Assembly: GCA_964035545.1 (NCBI GenBank) | Contig: OZ037766.1 | Span: 10,840,722 to 10,904,721 of the forward strand | Source of the DNA: Bugula neritina | Taxonomy: Eukaryota; Animalia; Bryozoa | Reading direction: 5' to 3' | Length of the DNA: 64,000 nt | In this document: positions 27,100 through 40,869 of the stretch, one piece after another | Position numbering within the stretch: position 1 is the first letter of the stretch | How the letters are laid out: each line of letters starts with the position of its first letter | Notes under the pieces: model-generated | Seen by the model: only the letters and a program-made list of their open reading frames with translations | Told to the model about the DNA's origin: nothing | Database searches by the model: none | Translations under genes and position numbers: made by a program

Positions 27100-27480
27100 A
27101 CACTTTAAAGATACACATAGCAAAAATCATGATCGTTTTAGACAATTATCCTCCAATTTGTTAGTAGGCTTTGCTATATCCCTGCCATTCATTGCTGATT
27201 GCCTAGCGATCAGCTAACAATATTTTATTGGAAAGGAATTTGCTATAGCCTCTGCATAGAAATGTTAAAGGCAAAAGGATATTGCGAGAAAGTATCGATA
27301 ATTACAAAATTATGTTCGCAAGAATTAACTTTCTAAGTGTAAATCCCACGCTATACTTTCGTCCTTGGCCCTAAAGATTATTCTGAAATTAAATTTTATT
27401 TGCCAAAAATCGGCTACGCGCCCAATTAAAAGCTTCGAGAGGCAGTTCAGCAGTATCAGTAAAAAAACATGTAGGCTCTG
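27100..27480. promoter_or_regulatory. Probable bidirectional promoter region between KIF17 (-) and WLS (+)
   Basis: Locally CpG-richer segment midway between the divergent start codons, flanked on both sides by periodic low-complexity tracts. X-box-like ATTGCCTAGCGAT at 27198-27210. Confidence 0.4.
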
Positions 27481-29458
27481 TAACTTGTAGTTGTACACCC
27501 TAAGTTTACAGTGGCTTTAACAAGCTGAGACTGAAGGCTGAACGAAGTGTGACTGTTACTATTATACTCACAACAAAGGAGTATATTAATTCATTAGTTT
27601 TTCATCAGTACTTTAGCTGTATAACTATAACCATACCATAGGCATGTCACTAAATGAGATATAGCCATAAGTCTGAGACTAAGTCATAACTTCCATATTG
27701 ATATTCATATTGATATTCATTTTTCATATTGATATTCATACTCATATTTGATTATTGATATACTTATACTTATAATAATAATTTTTACTAGTAGTAATAG
27801 TTATACACTACAGTGAGTTAATGTTATAGTTATACTTCTTTATACTTATACTTATAGTTATTACTTATTACTATTAGTTATATTAATACTAATACTAATA
27901 CTGTAATAGTAATAGTAATACTTGTAGTTGTACAATTTTGTGGCTACACCTACAGTTGCAGTTAAAGTTAATCACTTTAATGTATAATAAATCAAAATAT
28001 TAGTGTTGCTCATGCTGTTACTCATTACTCATTAGTGTTACTGTAAATTTGCAACTAAAGACAATTGCAATGTAAATGTTACACTTACTGTAACACTTAC
28101 AGTTACTGTTAGTGTTACTGTTAGTGTTAGTTATAGAAGTATCATAGTCATACTTTCATACACCATAGTCAATGTCATACTCATATCGAGTGATATTCAT
28201 AAATCATAAGGTATACTGATATTTGTACTGTCATAGTGAATGTGATAGACTCATACTTATTCTCATACGGATATTTTGCACTTTCACTTTGACTTGCAGT
28301 AACAGTTACAGCTACTGTAAGTGTAAATGTTACTTGTAGTTGGTGTTAGAGCTACACCACTTGTAGTGGTTAGTTGTTACTAAAGTTACTGTTAGTGTTA
28401 CACTTACTATGACTTAATCTTACTCTTGCAGATATATAATTAAAATAATTATTATTAAGCAAAAAGTAATAATGATCAGGTTTCACGTGATATTCAATTC
28501 TATGCATGCATTAATTGGATAAATATTTTTTATAAAGCTGCCATGGTAAGCTGAAAATTTAGCACATGTAGTTCAAAGTTGCTCTAGCTGAAGTGTCGGT
28601 TATTTGTAAAATTGTCAGTGGCCATACTCAAGAATTTTGGCCTTTTTTGTTAACAAATCCAGAGAAGAAAAACTGATTTACTTGTTTTGCTCTTGCCAAA
28701 GTTTGTGCTGAATTAACTGAAGGTCGTGTATTTGGTATTTAGGAACTGTATTTTATACATTTAAAAGTATTCTAACTGGATGACACTAGCTTGTGTGTGC
28801 TAGATATTTTGTGAGAAGCATCATTCCTTTATATGAAACTTGAATTTAAGTCACTTTCTTTCTTAGTCATTTCAGAGATACTCAATTTTGAACAATATCT
28901 CAAGTTGGTTGAAAAGCTAAGTGTTTTGATCAAATGATTGGAACACTTGGATATGTTTTGCCATACTAAGATCATTGGTCACTACAATATGATCTTTGTA
29001 TTGCAAAATTTTTATATCTACTCTTAATATCTGCAAATTGACATTAGTGAATATTAAAACTCACATGTCAACAAAATACCTTTGGAGAATAACAATAATG
29101 CAAATAATTTCCAAAAGCAGGTTCAATTTGCACTATGCAAGTTTTATTTTTCTGCTAGTAATTTAAGCTTTGATTATTATTGTTATTATCATTATTATTA
29201 TTATTTCAATGCTCATGTTAGAGTGGTTTTATTATATCTGAAAAGTATTTTATATTTTGTCGAACTTTTAAGTTTCAATAAAGTCATTTTATATAATTTT
29301 TTCTCACAAGTTGGCAAAAAACAAACTAGGTTGACTCATAAATAGAACATGTTGCTCTTTATAGATATCATAGCCTACATAAATGTTGAAATAAGTGGTA
29401 AGAAGGCACTCTTTTGAATTATGGAACATCTTACCTTTGCAGATTATACTGTGAAAAA

Positions 29459-32400
29459 ATGGCTGGAGTGATACTTGAGAATCTGAGCACCAAGAAGCTT
29501 GTACCAATTTGCATTCTTTTAATGGCATTTTCATTGACTTGCTTTATTATTGGAGGAAAACTAGGTATGTGCGATAAAGTTTTACAAATAACTTACTGGG
29601 ACACACGCACAGATGTGTTTGAATGCACTTACATGTATGTTTATGTCCCTACTAACTTACCCTATTTTTATCTATAAGCAGAGAAAGTTTAATTGCCACA
29701 GTTTTTCAAAAATATTCCGATTTAGGTATGGTATTTTTCGAGTAGTTCATGAGGTAGTATAATATAACCTTTTAGTAGGTCTCAGGTTGTAGCTGTTGTA
29801 GCAGCTGTTTCTATTTTTAGCCTGTTACATATCAATAGCTGTTCGATTCAATCTTCATGTAATACTGTAATATCTCCTATACACTGTTTGAATATATTGC
29901 AGAATAAAAACTGTGCACTTATTTGTTTGAGTTCCAACAGTATCAACTTGACACGTGACCACTAGCACATAGTGCCATTGTCTTAGCAACTGCTGATGCA
30001 GATATTATAGATATTGAAATGGATCGTTTTTCCTCTGCACGTGGTGAGAGTCACTGCAGCTAGTCAGTATGTACTAGTAGTGTGTGATTCAGGTTATATA
30101 CCCCAGCATTGTGTCAATAGTCATTAAAGCCATATCAAAGCATTCCTTCTTTCATTAAGCACTGTACTGTTCTACTCTATTGTTCAGATTATAATTAAAT
30201 TTTGATGAATGTGGCCTGACTCATAGCAAGTTTACAACCTCAACCACAATATTTATGGTTTATGTGCGACTACTGTCTATAATATTATATATAGCCTAAA
30301 GTTAAAAGACAATTTTAGAAGTCTTGTTATGACCTGACAAGTAATGTTAAGAATATATAATCTTTTTACATTATATGTGATTAGGTTTAGTTAGCTTCAT
30401 ATGCCAAGTGCCAAGCTACTTTTATAACCAACCTATAGTGATATGTATAGCACTCTTATACACTACACACGCACACACACACCCATACTATGTGTGTATG
30501 ATTTTGTGAGCACAGCATTTAGTTGAGTTTGTTCTACACTTGCTGAGCTTACCTACTGTTATGGCTGAACAAGGTGTAATTGTTGTAGTCCCTGACCCGG
30601 TGCACACACAGAATGCTATAGGTAACTGGTGTAAGAGGCAGTTTGTAAACAATACTGAAGTGAAGTGGTATCCTTCCAGAGGCAAGCAGCCGTGTGACAG
30701 ATTGGATGGTCCTGATGACAAAAGGATCTCCACCGTAAGACATAGCTATCTGATCTCACATGCACATGTCAAGAAGAGTTGTATGTTGTTAGCCAGGTTT
30801 TAGGGTATATACAAAATACCATTATTGATAATATATAACATTATTGATACATCGAATCACTTTATTATAACTACTGCACACCAGCTTTCATTGCTAGGTG
30901 ATTTGATATTAATTTAAATTCCCATATGACAAGGGTTTTCAATATACTTTTGGTTAGTAGATCTTCATTTCTGGAAAATCGTAGGATTATAGTTGAGTTG
31001 ATCATATTTGATGTATATTCAGCTCCTACTTTCCAAACATATATCTGTATGCTTTTAGCTGAAAGCTGAGGACATTGTATTTAGTTTTCAATATCCATTA
31101 CCCCGAGACAATGAGGAGAAGCTAATGAGCAGGTGGTTCATGTATCACTTTGCTATTGTCAACTTCAATATTGAATATAAGCAAAACAACAATCCAGGTA
31201 TGTCTTACCTGCAGCAGCCTTGTTGGTCTAAACTTGAAATCTTTATGTTAATGAAGACTTAGGAAATGCAGTGTATTATGTCCAAACTATAAGAAACTAT
31301 AAAAATAAGTTGAGTGAGACAATAATCTTCTCTAATACTAGACTCTGTAAACAGTGCCACAGTGTCTGCTACGCTTAGTGAAGAACTGATGTATTGGCAG
31401 TGATAGGTGTTGCTACTGTGTCGAGCAGGTGAGAATGCTAAGCTAAAGCTGATTGTCAGTGTTGGGTATAAAGATGATCCAAAGAGTGATCAGTGGCTAA
31501 CATTGCACCATGAGAGAGAAGTTGATAGAACACTGCAGTGTGCTCCACCTAGCACTGTGAGTATTCGCACCACCCACCCGCTTTACCTGAGGTATTGTTC
31601 AGACCCCTGTCTATTGGCTGTTGCTGTAGGAAATTGCTAGAAGCAGCACCTAGGTGGTGGTCACTGAGTGGCTCTCCAGTTTGGAGTCTGAACAAACTAT
31701 GTCTATGTAAACTCTGCACTCAGTCACACCCAATTCAGTGCTGCCTCTAGCGATTCCTGATGCTGTATAAAAGCACTTGGTACATGATGTTTTAGCTCAA
31801 GGACGGCTACCGGTGGGAGTGTGATTTTATAGACCTGTTTGAGTTTGGTAGCATGCCACACAAACAGTACTTGGTGAACATAAGACTGCCACCCAACTCA
31901 CAGACAGGGGATAATATAAACATTGGCTACCTTTCTGGAATTGATCTTGTGGTAAGACAACCCAAAATATTACATTGTCAAGTACCCATGTTTTTATGAG
32001 GTAGCGTGAGACCATGTATGCTTATAGTGTGCAGTACTCAAACTGTAATATGTTGTTATTACACACTTCATGGGAATATTTTTTTAAATTACTTTCTATG
32101 ATTAATTGACATAAATTTTACGATGCAAATAAAAGCAATACTGCTCTTGTGTGTTTAATATAAACAAGTTTATGATGTAGTGGTTTGCCCAGACTGGAGG
32201 TTTTACTCTCTACTTTATGGTTATGAAGACTGTGTTCTTTGCTATGATTTTACCTCTCACAATATGGAATTACAAGCGTGTGTCCGACCTCAACAGACCT
32301 GCAGTCTTCCTAGAAAAGTGAGTCTTTAGACAGCATAAAATGCTAGTAATGTTTTTTCTATAGGTCTACTATCTTACAGCGTGTTACTCTTATGCTGTTT

Positions 32401-35400
32401 TAATGTTGTAGACTTTCCCTGGCTTTGGCAATATCAGCGTTACTTCTCAACTGTAAGTATAATTTGTATAACTTTTCAAACGAAGCATTTAATCAAATTA
32501 AACAATAGTTATATATATCAATGCTTAAGGATTTAGTGTTGTTTTCACTGTGCACTAGCATTTTTTGCAATTCTGAAAAATTCGCTAAATTGGGTTGTTG
32601 AATGATATGACTTCTGTTTTGTTTCATGTTTAAAATATTATTTAACATAATATAATATACATGTCATCCTGCTATATAGTTATTAATATTTTTGATAGTT
32701 GATTAATTTCTAAAATAAGTTGTGCTGTAACAAGTTTGAAGTGATGTGTAAATTGTCAAAGGTGAAAGTTGACGTTAAAATTATAAATTGTTAATTCAAT
32801 ACCTAACATTAATACCTTATGTTTGGAAGTTAAGATATTAGCAAAAATTAAAACTGAACAGTTTATATGCTCTTTAAGACTGATTGGCTTCTCTATCAAC
32901 ATAATTACATAATATACAGTAATTTCTTATTTAATACTACTTGTATTATATACCTACCCAGTTGTTATAGAAAATATTGTTAATGAAAGCATTAAATATG
33001 TAACATTTTAGTGCCAATTGACTGGCTGACTCTGGTGATTGAGATGAAGTTCATGCTGCTATGGAGTGACATAAGACAGGGCTTGTTCCTTACTGTACTA
33101 CTCTGCTACTGGGTGGTATTCGCTAGCGAGCATATGATGGTAAGTTACTACGGCTAGAGTTGTCTTCTTATTAAAATTGTCTTTTATTACTTATAATTAG
33201 CCCTAAATGTTTGAAGTTTTCTAGTTTTATCCTGTTACTATGCATACATGTACTTTAAAAATAAGTTTACATAATGATAACATATTACAGTAATGATAGC
33301 TTTAGATTTTCACTGAATAATTTAATAGAAATTAGTTTCTGTATTAACATATTGTATGTTTTACTTTGTCTTGTGTCTGTTTTAGTGATAGAGGTTCTGT
33401 GGTTTAATAATTTCTTACAATATGTTCATTAGAAAACCTGATCTAATAATGTCTACTTGTTATTTCTAGTTTGTTTTCTGTGCTTCTTGTTTTGCAATAA
33501 TTATTGAAGAAAAATTGGTGAATTCTTTTTTCTTTCAGGATGATGTAAAGAGGGGACAGCTGAGCAGTTATTATAAACAATTATCTTTTGTTATGTTTGC
33601 AAGCGCCCTTATGTTTGTTTTCGACATTTGTGAAAGGTTAGTCAAAATGATCCAGTTATGTTCAGAGCAATTCTCTTACTAATGATGAAATGCAAAATCT
33701 TATCTTCAAGTTATGTTCATATGCAGGTCAATTTGTTTAACTAAATACTTAACAAGCAGTTCTGTCTAATTGGCATTTTCATTAGCAAGAATTAAATTAT
33801 TAGCTGTAATTGTAATTAAATTAAACTTGGAATCAATAATCAATAATAAATTAACTCTTCTACTGTACTTGTATTCAGAGGAATCAGAATAATGAACCCC
33901 TTCTTCACCCTCTGGGCGAGCTCTACTGGAACCAAAGTGGCTAAGGCTTTTCTTGGACTCGCCGTGGCATCTGCAATCATCTATTTCTTGACGTTGGCTG
34001 TCATTGTCATCAAAGCCATTTACAACATTTGGAAGAAAAAATCTCAGTTTAAATTTATGGCAAAAGGCTTGCAAATACATTACATGGTGAGTTGATGTAG
34101 AGCCAAAGGTTCAACTATCGTATAAATTTCTACTGATGTTACTAAATAATTATAATTGTTGATGATTTGTATTTAGTGAAAGAAAGTAGGAATTATCGTG
34201 CCTTGCTAGCATGCATTATAATTGGTTTCCGTTTTATCTGAAGAGATGAAATGGAGAAATTTTGAAAAATGATGATTCAATTATTTATTACTTTAAAAGT
34301 TCAATGATATCTACGCAAACATCATCAGCTACTTCATCAACTCTCGTAAATGTTTTATAGCCCAAGTTTTACAAACCGTGTTTCACTTCTCTCACCATGA
34401 AATTGTGTGATTCCCTTCATATCTATATAATATTCTAATCTCTGTTTTGCAGAGTATAATCTACAGATTTTACTTTGCGCTGATGTTCAGTGTGGTATGT
34501 TCTATCTTGACTGTGGCGGCATTTGCTATGGGGCAAATATACGAGAGTCGATGGCGATGGGAATTGGATGAGGAAGTAGATGTTGATGAAGTCGGTGTTG
34601 TGGATGGACAGCACGCATGGGATGTGAATCTTAAAGATTTCAAAGTCACAACAGCATTTCAGTTAGGTAAGTTGAAACCTCAAACCTAACTAGTTATGTT
34701 ATTATGAATTATTTTCTCATAAGTGAGGGGTGACATACAGTTGTGTGACGTAAGAAATGTAGAAGTTCAGGTCTTGTAGTCTTTTGATGTTTCTAATTCT
34801 AATATTTCTTGATTTAATAGACTATAATGTTTTATTTTCATAAATCTTCTAGCCATCCTGTATTGTGAATGTATAAGCTAGTGATGTAGTAAGTGCACGC
34901 TATTTCCATCTGATTGTATGCACAAGTAGGATGTGGAGTGTGTATGCTTGCTATACATCATGCTATTGTACTGTTCATAGGTGTATACGGAACTTGGAAT
35001 GTCTATGTTATGGTGATGCTGATATTCTATGCTCCTTCTCATAAGCAGGCTGCCCTGCCTGTTGATGCTGATGGTGAGACTTAAGAACTCTTTGGTTGCA
35101 TTTCTCTAACCATAACCTTATTCAAAATTGGGGCACACATTTTAACTGTTTAACAGTGAAGAAATATTCACCCCCTAAACCAGTTCATTTTGTTCACTTG
35201 TGGACTTCTTTTATTCACTAATATTTGATTGCTTTATGCAAAGTATTTGCATTGAACATTTTTTGATCACCTTTGTAAGTTTGAAAATGTTTAATATATT
35301 TTCTGTATTATAATTACTTTATAAGCTTTTCATCAACTTCTTGCAGGAAATGAAGAGGATGAAAGAGTTGAACTGACTTCTCTATCTTCTGGTCCAACTA

Positions 35401-35948
35401 CTAGATCTCGCTCTGCTGCCGCTGTTTCTACCTTTTCAACTGGTAAGTTAAATTATTTCATTTGAATTACTCCAATAGTTTTATTATTCTTCTACAGGTA
35501 TTGTTTGAAGTTGTCCTCTCATAACGTCAAATTGAAGAATAATTATTAAATACTGAGCTGTAATGAGTTATTTTAATGTTATAATGAATTGAAATATTCT
35601 CAAATGGTAAACAGTTTGTATCGTGTTTTTTTCTGAAACAACATAAGTGTGGTCCTCTTGTATTTAGCTTGTTGCCAACAATAGAGTATGTTTTGCTACC
35701 TAAAAACTTTATTGCTTTCAGCAAGTTATAAACCATTAAAGGTATTTTTTTTAATTATACCATTTCTTAATTTGTGGCTGTAATAACAAATTATTGTTTC
35801 TGAAAATCTGTTCTCTAATTCTGCTCTCGTACAATTCACAGAAGATGCTACTGACGAGACAGTCAACTTGACCTCTGGGCAGCAGGTCAGCGACCAGCAC
35901 CAGGCTCAGATACACTCTCTGTCTAGCCGACCATCACATCTAGACTAA
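29459..35948 (+). CDS. WLS: Wntless (Evi/GPR177) Wnt secretion factor. Exons ~29459-29564, 30589-30734, 31059-31197, 31429-31556, 31796-31951, 32181-32317, 32412-32452, 33012-33139, 33539-33636, 33879-34086, 34453-34666, 34981-35073, 35347-35442, 35842-35948
   Basis: MAGVILENLSTKKL, LFEFGSMPHKQYLVNIRLP, QTGGFT, SDIRQGLF..WVVFASEHMM, FDICERG..NPFF and GVYGTWNVYV..YAPSHK are all Wntless motifs. GT-AG introns, in frame. Confidence 0.95.
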
Positions 35949-36776
35949 CTGCCTTACACTGCGTTTCCATCATTCACATTACATGAATGGATTTTTCATT
36001 GCTGCTTGGAAACAGTTACATCGAATGAGACCACAACCAGTTCATGGAAACCGCAACCACAAATTAACCCCTTCAAGCATCCATTCACATAATGCACAGT
36101 CATGGAAATGCAGTGTTACACTACTTTGTACTACCTTGTAGCTTCAAGTTGCTACACCACAAGTACATAATTCGTAGACAGACGCTGCTTTGAGGGTGGG
36201 AGACTTCCATACTTCATTTTTCATTGTTGATATTTTAGCAGAACATTTTAACTAAGACAGATCTTAGACCTGTGAAGAAATTTAAGATAAAATAGTTGTA
36301 ACTTTTTAAGTTATAGATCTCTTAATGATTGTAGCTTTAGTCATTTTGTTATCCATGACAAAAAATTTTAGTCAATTTTTATAGATTTTATAATATTGTA
36401 TCTCTCTGTATCTCTTATTGCTCTACTTATTGGAGATTCTTGAATCTGTACTTATACACATCTCATGTGCTTTTATATTCTTCTTTATTTTGTGATTGTA
36501 AATGGTTGCATTTTAACTCACTCAATGTACTCAAATAAATTCATGCTCTTTATTGAGACTCTGTTAGTCTTCACTCATAGTAACAATATGTCAACTTTAT
36601 TTTCCACCCTAAAATATTTTGAAAGCATGTAGCTGGTCTATTTCAAGTTAGAAATTGCAGCAACTATTAGTATTAAAACACTACAGCAATAAGGTTTTAA
36701 TACAGCATACCATTGCTTTGTATAAAACCGTCTTTATTTAAATGCCAGCTTGTTTCTAATCAACATTTTTGGTACT

Positions 36777-36790
36777 GTTACCATAGCACT
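36777..36790. promoter_or_regulatory. Candidate RFX X-box upstream of the IQ-motif gene
   Basis: GTTACCATAGCACT is close to the GTTRCCATRGCAAC consensus and lies ~480 bp upstream of the ATG. Confidence 0.4.
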
Positions 36791-37256
36791 GTTTGACAGA
36801 CAACTTTGTAATAAAAACCAATTTTTCTTTCAATTCAGCTGAAGTGTTAAAATCCAACACCTTGAGTGGCAAATCACTAGATTTAGGAAGCTTAGCTGGT
36901 GCTAGTAATTGTTAAAATACAGCTGTGAAGTACTTACACCGTTTATCCATTCAAAACTTATTTGTTAACATCTCATTAGAGCAAATACAGCTTTTTACCT
37001 GATCAAATACTTGTCTTTATTGTTATAACTTATACATAGTGATAGGCTTCAGCTTTTTGTAGGGGCTATTATATCATTTCAAAGCAGTGCACCAAGTTCT
37101 ATTGGACATTTGTGTGAAATTTTAAATCCTGCAAACATTTTGCTCTAGTATTAGGCTATTGATTAAACAACATTCAATTTATGGTGGTAACAGGCTTATA
37201 ACTAACTTATCTTATTTTTTAATTGATTGTTATATTTCTTCCAATATACCATAACT

Positions 37257-40200
37257 ATGAGTTATAACATGGAAAATGAACCAGTTATTCAACTAACTGA
37301 AATGACTTGGGAAGATCTTTCAGCATTTAAAAAGCGAAAACGACCGTAAGTATTGCTATTATATTATATTATTTCCAACTGTAAAGTTGCCTTTAAGTAA
37401 AAGCTTGTTAGTGAAATTGTTGTGATAAATTTTGTCATTAAATAACATCACTGTATGAAATATGCAATCTGCCACATTTTACCTGAATGGTAGAGATTGA
37501 CAGCACTTAGTATATTTAAAATGGTTTGTAGGAAGAAAGCAGTAGATCTGACAGAGGAAGAAATCATCTTAAAGGAGTCTCGCCAGAAGCAGCTTCAGAT
37601 AGCAGCTGAAAGAGAAAGAATTACATATTTCAGAAGATACCACAAAGCTGCTCTTATCATCCAGAAAGCATGGAAAATGTAAGCATAACAACCTGACCAT
37701 GTAGTTGACATTCTTTTTATATAATTATGTAGTTGATGAATTAAATGTATATCATATCTATTTCGTAGAGTTTTGGTATCATAAAATATTATATTGTAGC
37801 TACACTACAAGTCAAGTTGAATCTCTACTGTTTTGACCCAAAAGTTGTTGTTGTGATTTAATGACAACAATTAATATGTATGTGTCAATTTTTTAAAATG
37901 AGATGAAACTAAAGTTAAACTTTATCAGGTGGAACCGCTAAAAGTAAAAATGTGAATCTGCACTAATTTTGATCCAAATTTAAAGAGGAAAATTATATAC
38001 AAGGTTTTAATTATAGGTATATTATATGTATTATAATATATAACTAATGTTGTTATTATAGTCAAAACATGATTGCTATTTAGGAATTTGTTTTATACAA
38101 ATTATAAACAAGCTAAAAAACATTGTCAAGACTCAACACAAGTAGTGATTAAATATAGAATTTTCCTTTTTTATTGTTATCTTGAGCAATGTTTTAGATT
38201 ACGCAGTGTTGTATTAAGTGTAGACAAGTTTACAGGATTTTAGAGTTAATATTTGTACTTTGTTAAGCAAGGAAAAAATAATGTTTATTACAGCCAATGG
38301 TATAGCAAAATATTAAGTTACTGCAGAAAACCCCACTTCTTCTATTGTAGCTTTGGTGAAAAATTATTACTTGCTGTAAAAGATCAACTTTGCCACCTCG
38401 TCCTGTATTCTCACCTGCTGCAACAATGCCCCAGTATGCAATTATATCTCACGTTTCAACAGTCCACAAATCGCACAATAACTACAAAGCTATACCTTTC
38501 ATGAGACACAGAATATTGTGTTCCCCTTATTCTAGTTTATATGATTTAAACATTGGTTATAATCAAAAATATTTGATTATATATTTTTTCATTTGCTAGG
38601 TTTAAATTTAAGACTAAAGGGATTTTGAAAAATGCAAGAGATGCGGTTAGAAAGAAGAGGCTGGATGCGGGAGAGTTAGAATGGAAGATGCAAATAGCAG
38701 CGTGTACCATACAGCTAGCGTGGCGAAAGTATGCCAGACGGCAACTAATGAAGAGGATAAACAGCACTACAAACGTAACTCTACATATGTGGGACGCAGA
38801 GATGTTAGCTATGAAGCAAAAATACAACTTACAAAGAATTTACAGTAAGAAACTACATTTAATAAATTTAATTAATATAATTCTGTGCCCCATATTTCAA
38901 TTAACTAAAAAGAATTTCCATATATTATGACTTTTCTGTTGACAGTTATTCTTTCATCTTATGGCTATTAAATATAAGATTTGATTAGAACCATTTTTAT
39001 TAGAGGTTCGCCCAAAAAAAGCAGCTATAAACCCACGTGAGTTTTATGGGTTTTGGGAACTATGTTCGAACTTGAAGAAAGATTTTAACTAAAACATAAA
39101 AGTTGTTTATAATTTGATATATATTATATATATGGCTGCTAACAAGATATTTCCTTTGTTTGAAGTAGTTTAACTAGCAATTACTGCTGGTACTGTTAGT
39201 TGTTGGTTGTCATATAACATTCTTTATGTTCTTTTCATGACTCTAAACAATAAGCACAATTTTATAGCTAAACATCTCCCATTTAAATTATATCCATTGA
39301 AGGGTTTTACCAATATTGCATGTCATTAGTGACTTTTCTTCTTTTGTGATAAGAAATATTGATTGATGTTAAATGAAATCACATTTGAAAAAAATTGATT
39401 TACTATTTGTTTGCTTAAAGAGTTAATGTGGTGTAAATTGCAAATAATACGTATATTTGCCTGGTCAACCTTTTCAGGGATTACAATACATACCTTGTGT
39501 CAGCGATCAAACAGGATACGGCAAACATAGACGGTCTGTTTGCTTCGCATTGCTTGGCAATAGCACTTTATTTAGCTAATGCCATGAAAAACTAGTGAGT
39601 TAAAAACCCGATTAGAGTTTCCTGCCAAGCATCCCAATATTATGTTATAACTTGATCCTTCAGTCTAACGATGATTACAGCTAAGTAAATGCTGAAAATA
39701 ACATAACAGTGCAATGTTTAAACTGTAACTTATATGCTGATATTTATATGTTTAGACATACCTGAACAAAATGTTATATTATTGATTAAAAACATCTAGG
39801 GTTATTTTTAAAACATTGTCCGCTTTTGTCAAAAAAATTCTTGATCTATTGCCTGACATGAGTTTTCTAAGTTTTAAGTTTCTGAAACATTAATTTTAAT
39901 ATCTGTTTTTATAGTTATTGTTATGTTGTTCAAAGTTTAATCGATTTAGGTATGACAAAAGTGGCATCAATAATTGTGAAAGTTAAAGAGGTTATTTTAA
40001 AATTTGAAATATAAATGTAAAAGCTAATATATTTTATTTTATAATGAATAATTACAATGCATTATAGTTATTATTTTTCTTATACATTTAAAAACCTTTA
40101 ATAAATTAGAACTATTTACATCTGGTGGCATTAATTAATATAGCAATAAAAACTATAAGATGAGTACAAAGTATATTTAGAAGTAACCTTACAGTCTTAT

Positions 40201-40510
40201 AGCATAATTTTGATTGTAATAAAATCTAGATAAGATTCTTGTTTCATAGCATAATATTCTGAAATAATGTTTCTTGTTGACAGGTGAACAGCTGTATGCC
40301 CCACACTGGCACCCATCTTCACTCTCCATAGAAAGGCCAGAGTGGCTGTCCTCTCACCCTTCACCTGCTGCCTTGTCATTTAACTTTGCCATCAATCAGT
40401 ATACTCAGCCATTAACTCTGTGCACTCAAGACTTTTTCAACTCTGAAAAGAGAGCCAACAGTATTCAATACAGCCAAATAGAGGAGCTTGACAGGCAAAT
40501 TCAAGGTTAG
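37257..40510 (+). CDS. Uncharacterised IQ-motif (calmodulin-binding) protein, ~235 aa. Exons ~37257-37345, 37532-37678, 38600-38844, 40284-40510
   Basis: Four phase-compatible GT-AG exons. Two IQ-like motifs (AALIIQKAWKMF; AACTIQLAWRKYARR) and a basic KKRKRPKK cluster. Start and 3' end are less certain. Confidence 0.72.
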
Positions 40511-40719
40511 TCTAAACTCTAAAGTCATGTGTCAATATGCAAGTTTTGATTAAAGCTTACTATCTGTGTAACTTTTTAACAACTAAAAGCAAATCATTTT
40601 CTAAATTTGGATAATGCCATCAAATATCTGTAAGCAATACCATTGAAATAGTAAATAATTTGCACAGATTGACTTTTTTATTGTCATTACTCATTAGTGA
40701 AGTAGTGTTGAGGTAGGTT

Positions 40720-40869
40720 CAGTAATGGAGAAATTGAGAAAAGCCTGTATTCTAGATTAGAAATGTAGCAAAAGAAGTTATGTTCTCGCAAGAATTTCAA
40801 CCCACGGCCCCAACCAAAATTTAGCAATAAAATTGAAGAACTTAGGCCATCTCCATTTCTCCACGACTG
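40720..40869. repeat. Imperfect ~33-bp inverted repeat pair (degenerate MITE or hairpin)
   Basis: CAGTAATGGAGAAATTGAGAAAAGCC versus the reverse complement of the right arm, CAGTCGTGGAGAAATGGAGATGGCC. No TSD seen. Confidence 0.55.
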
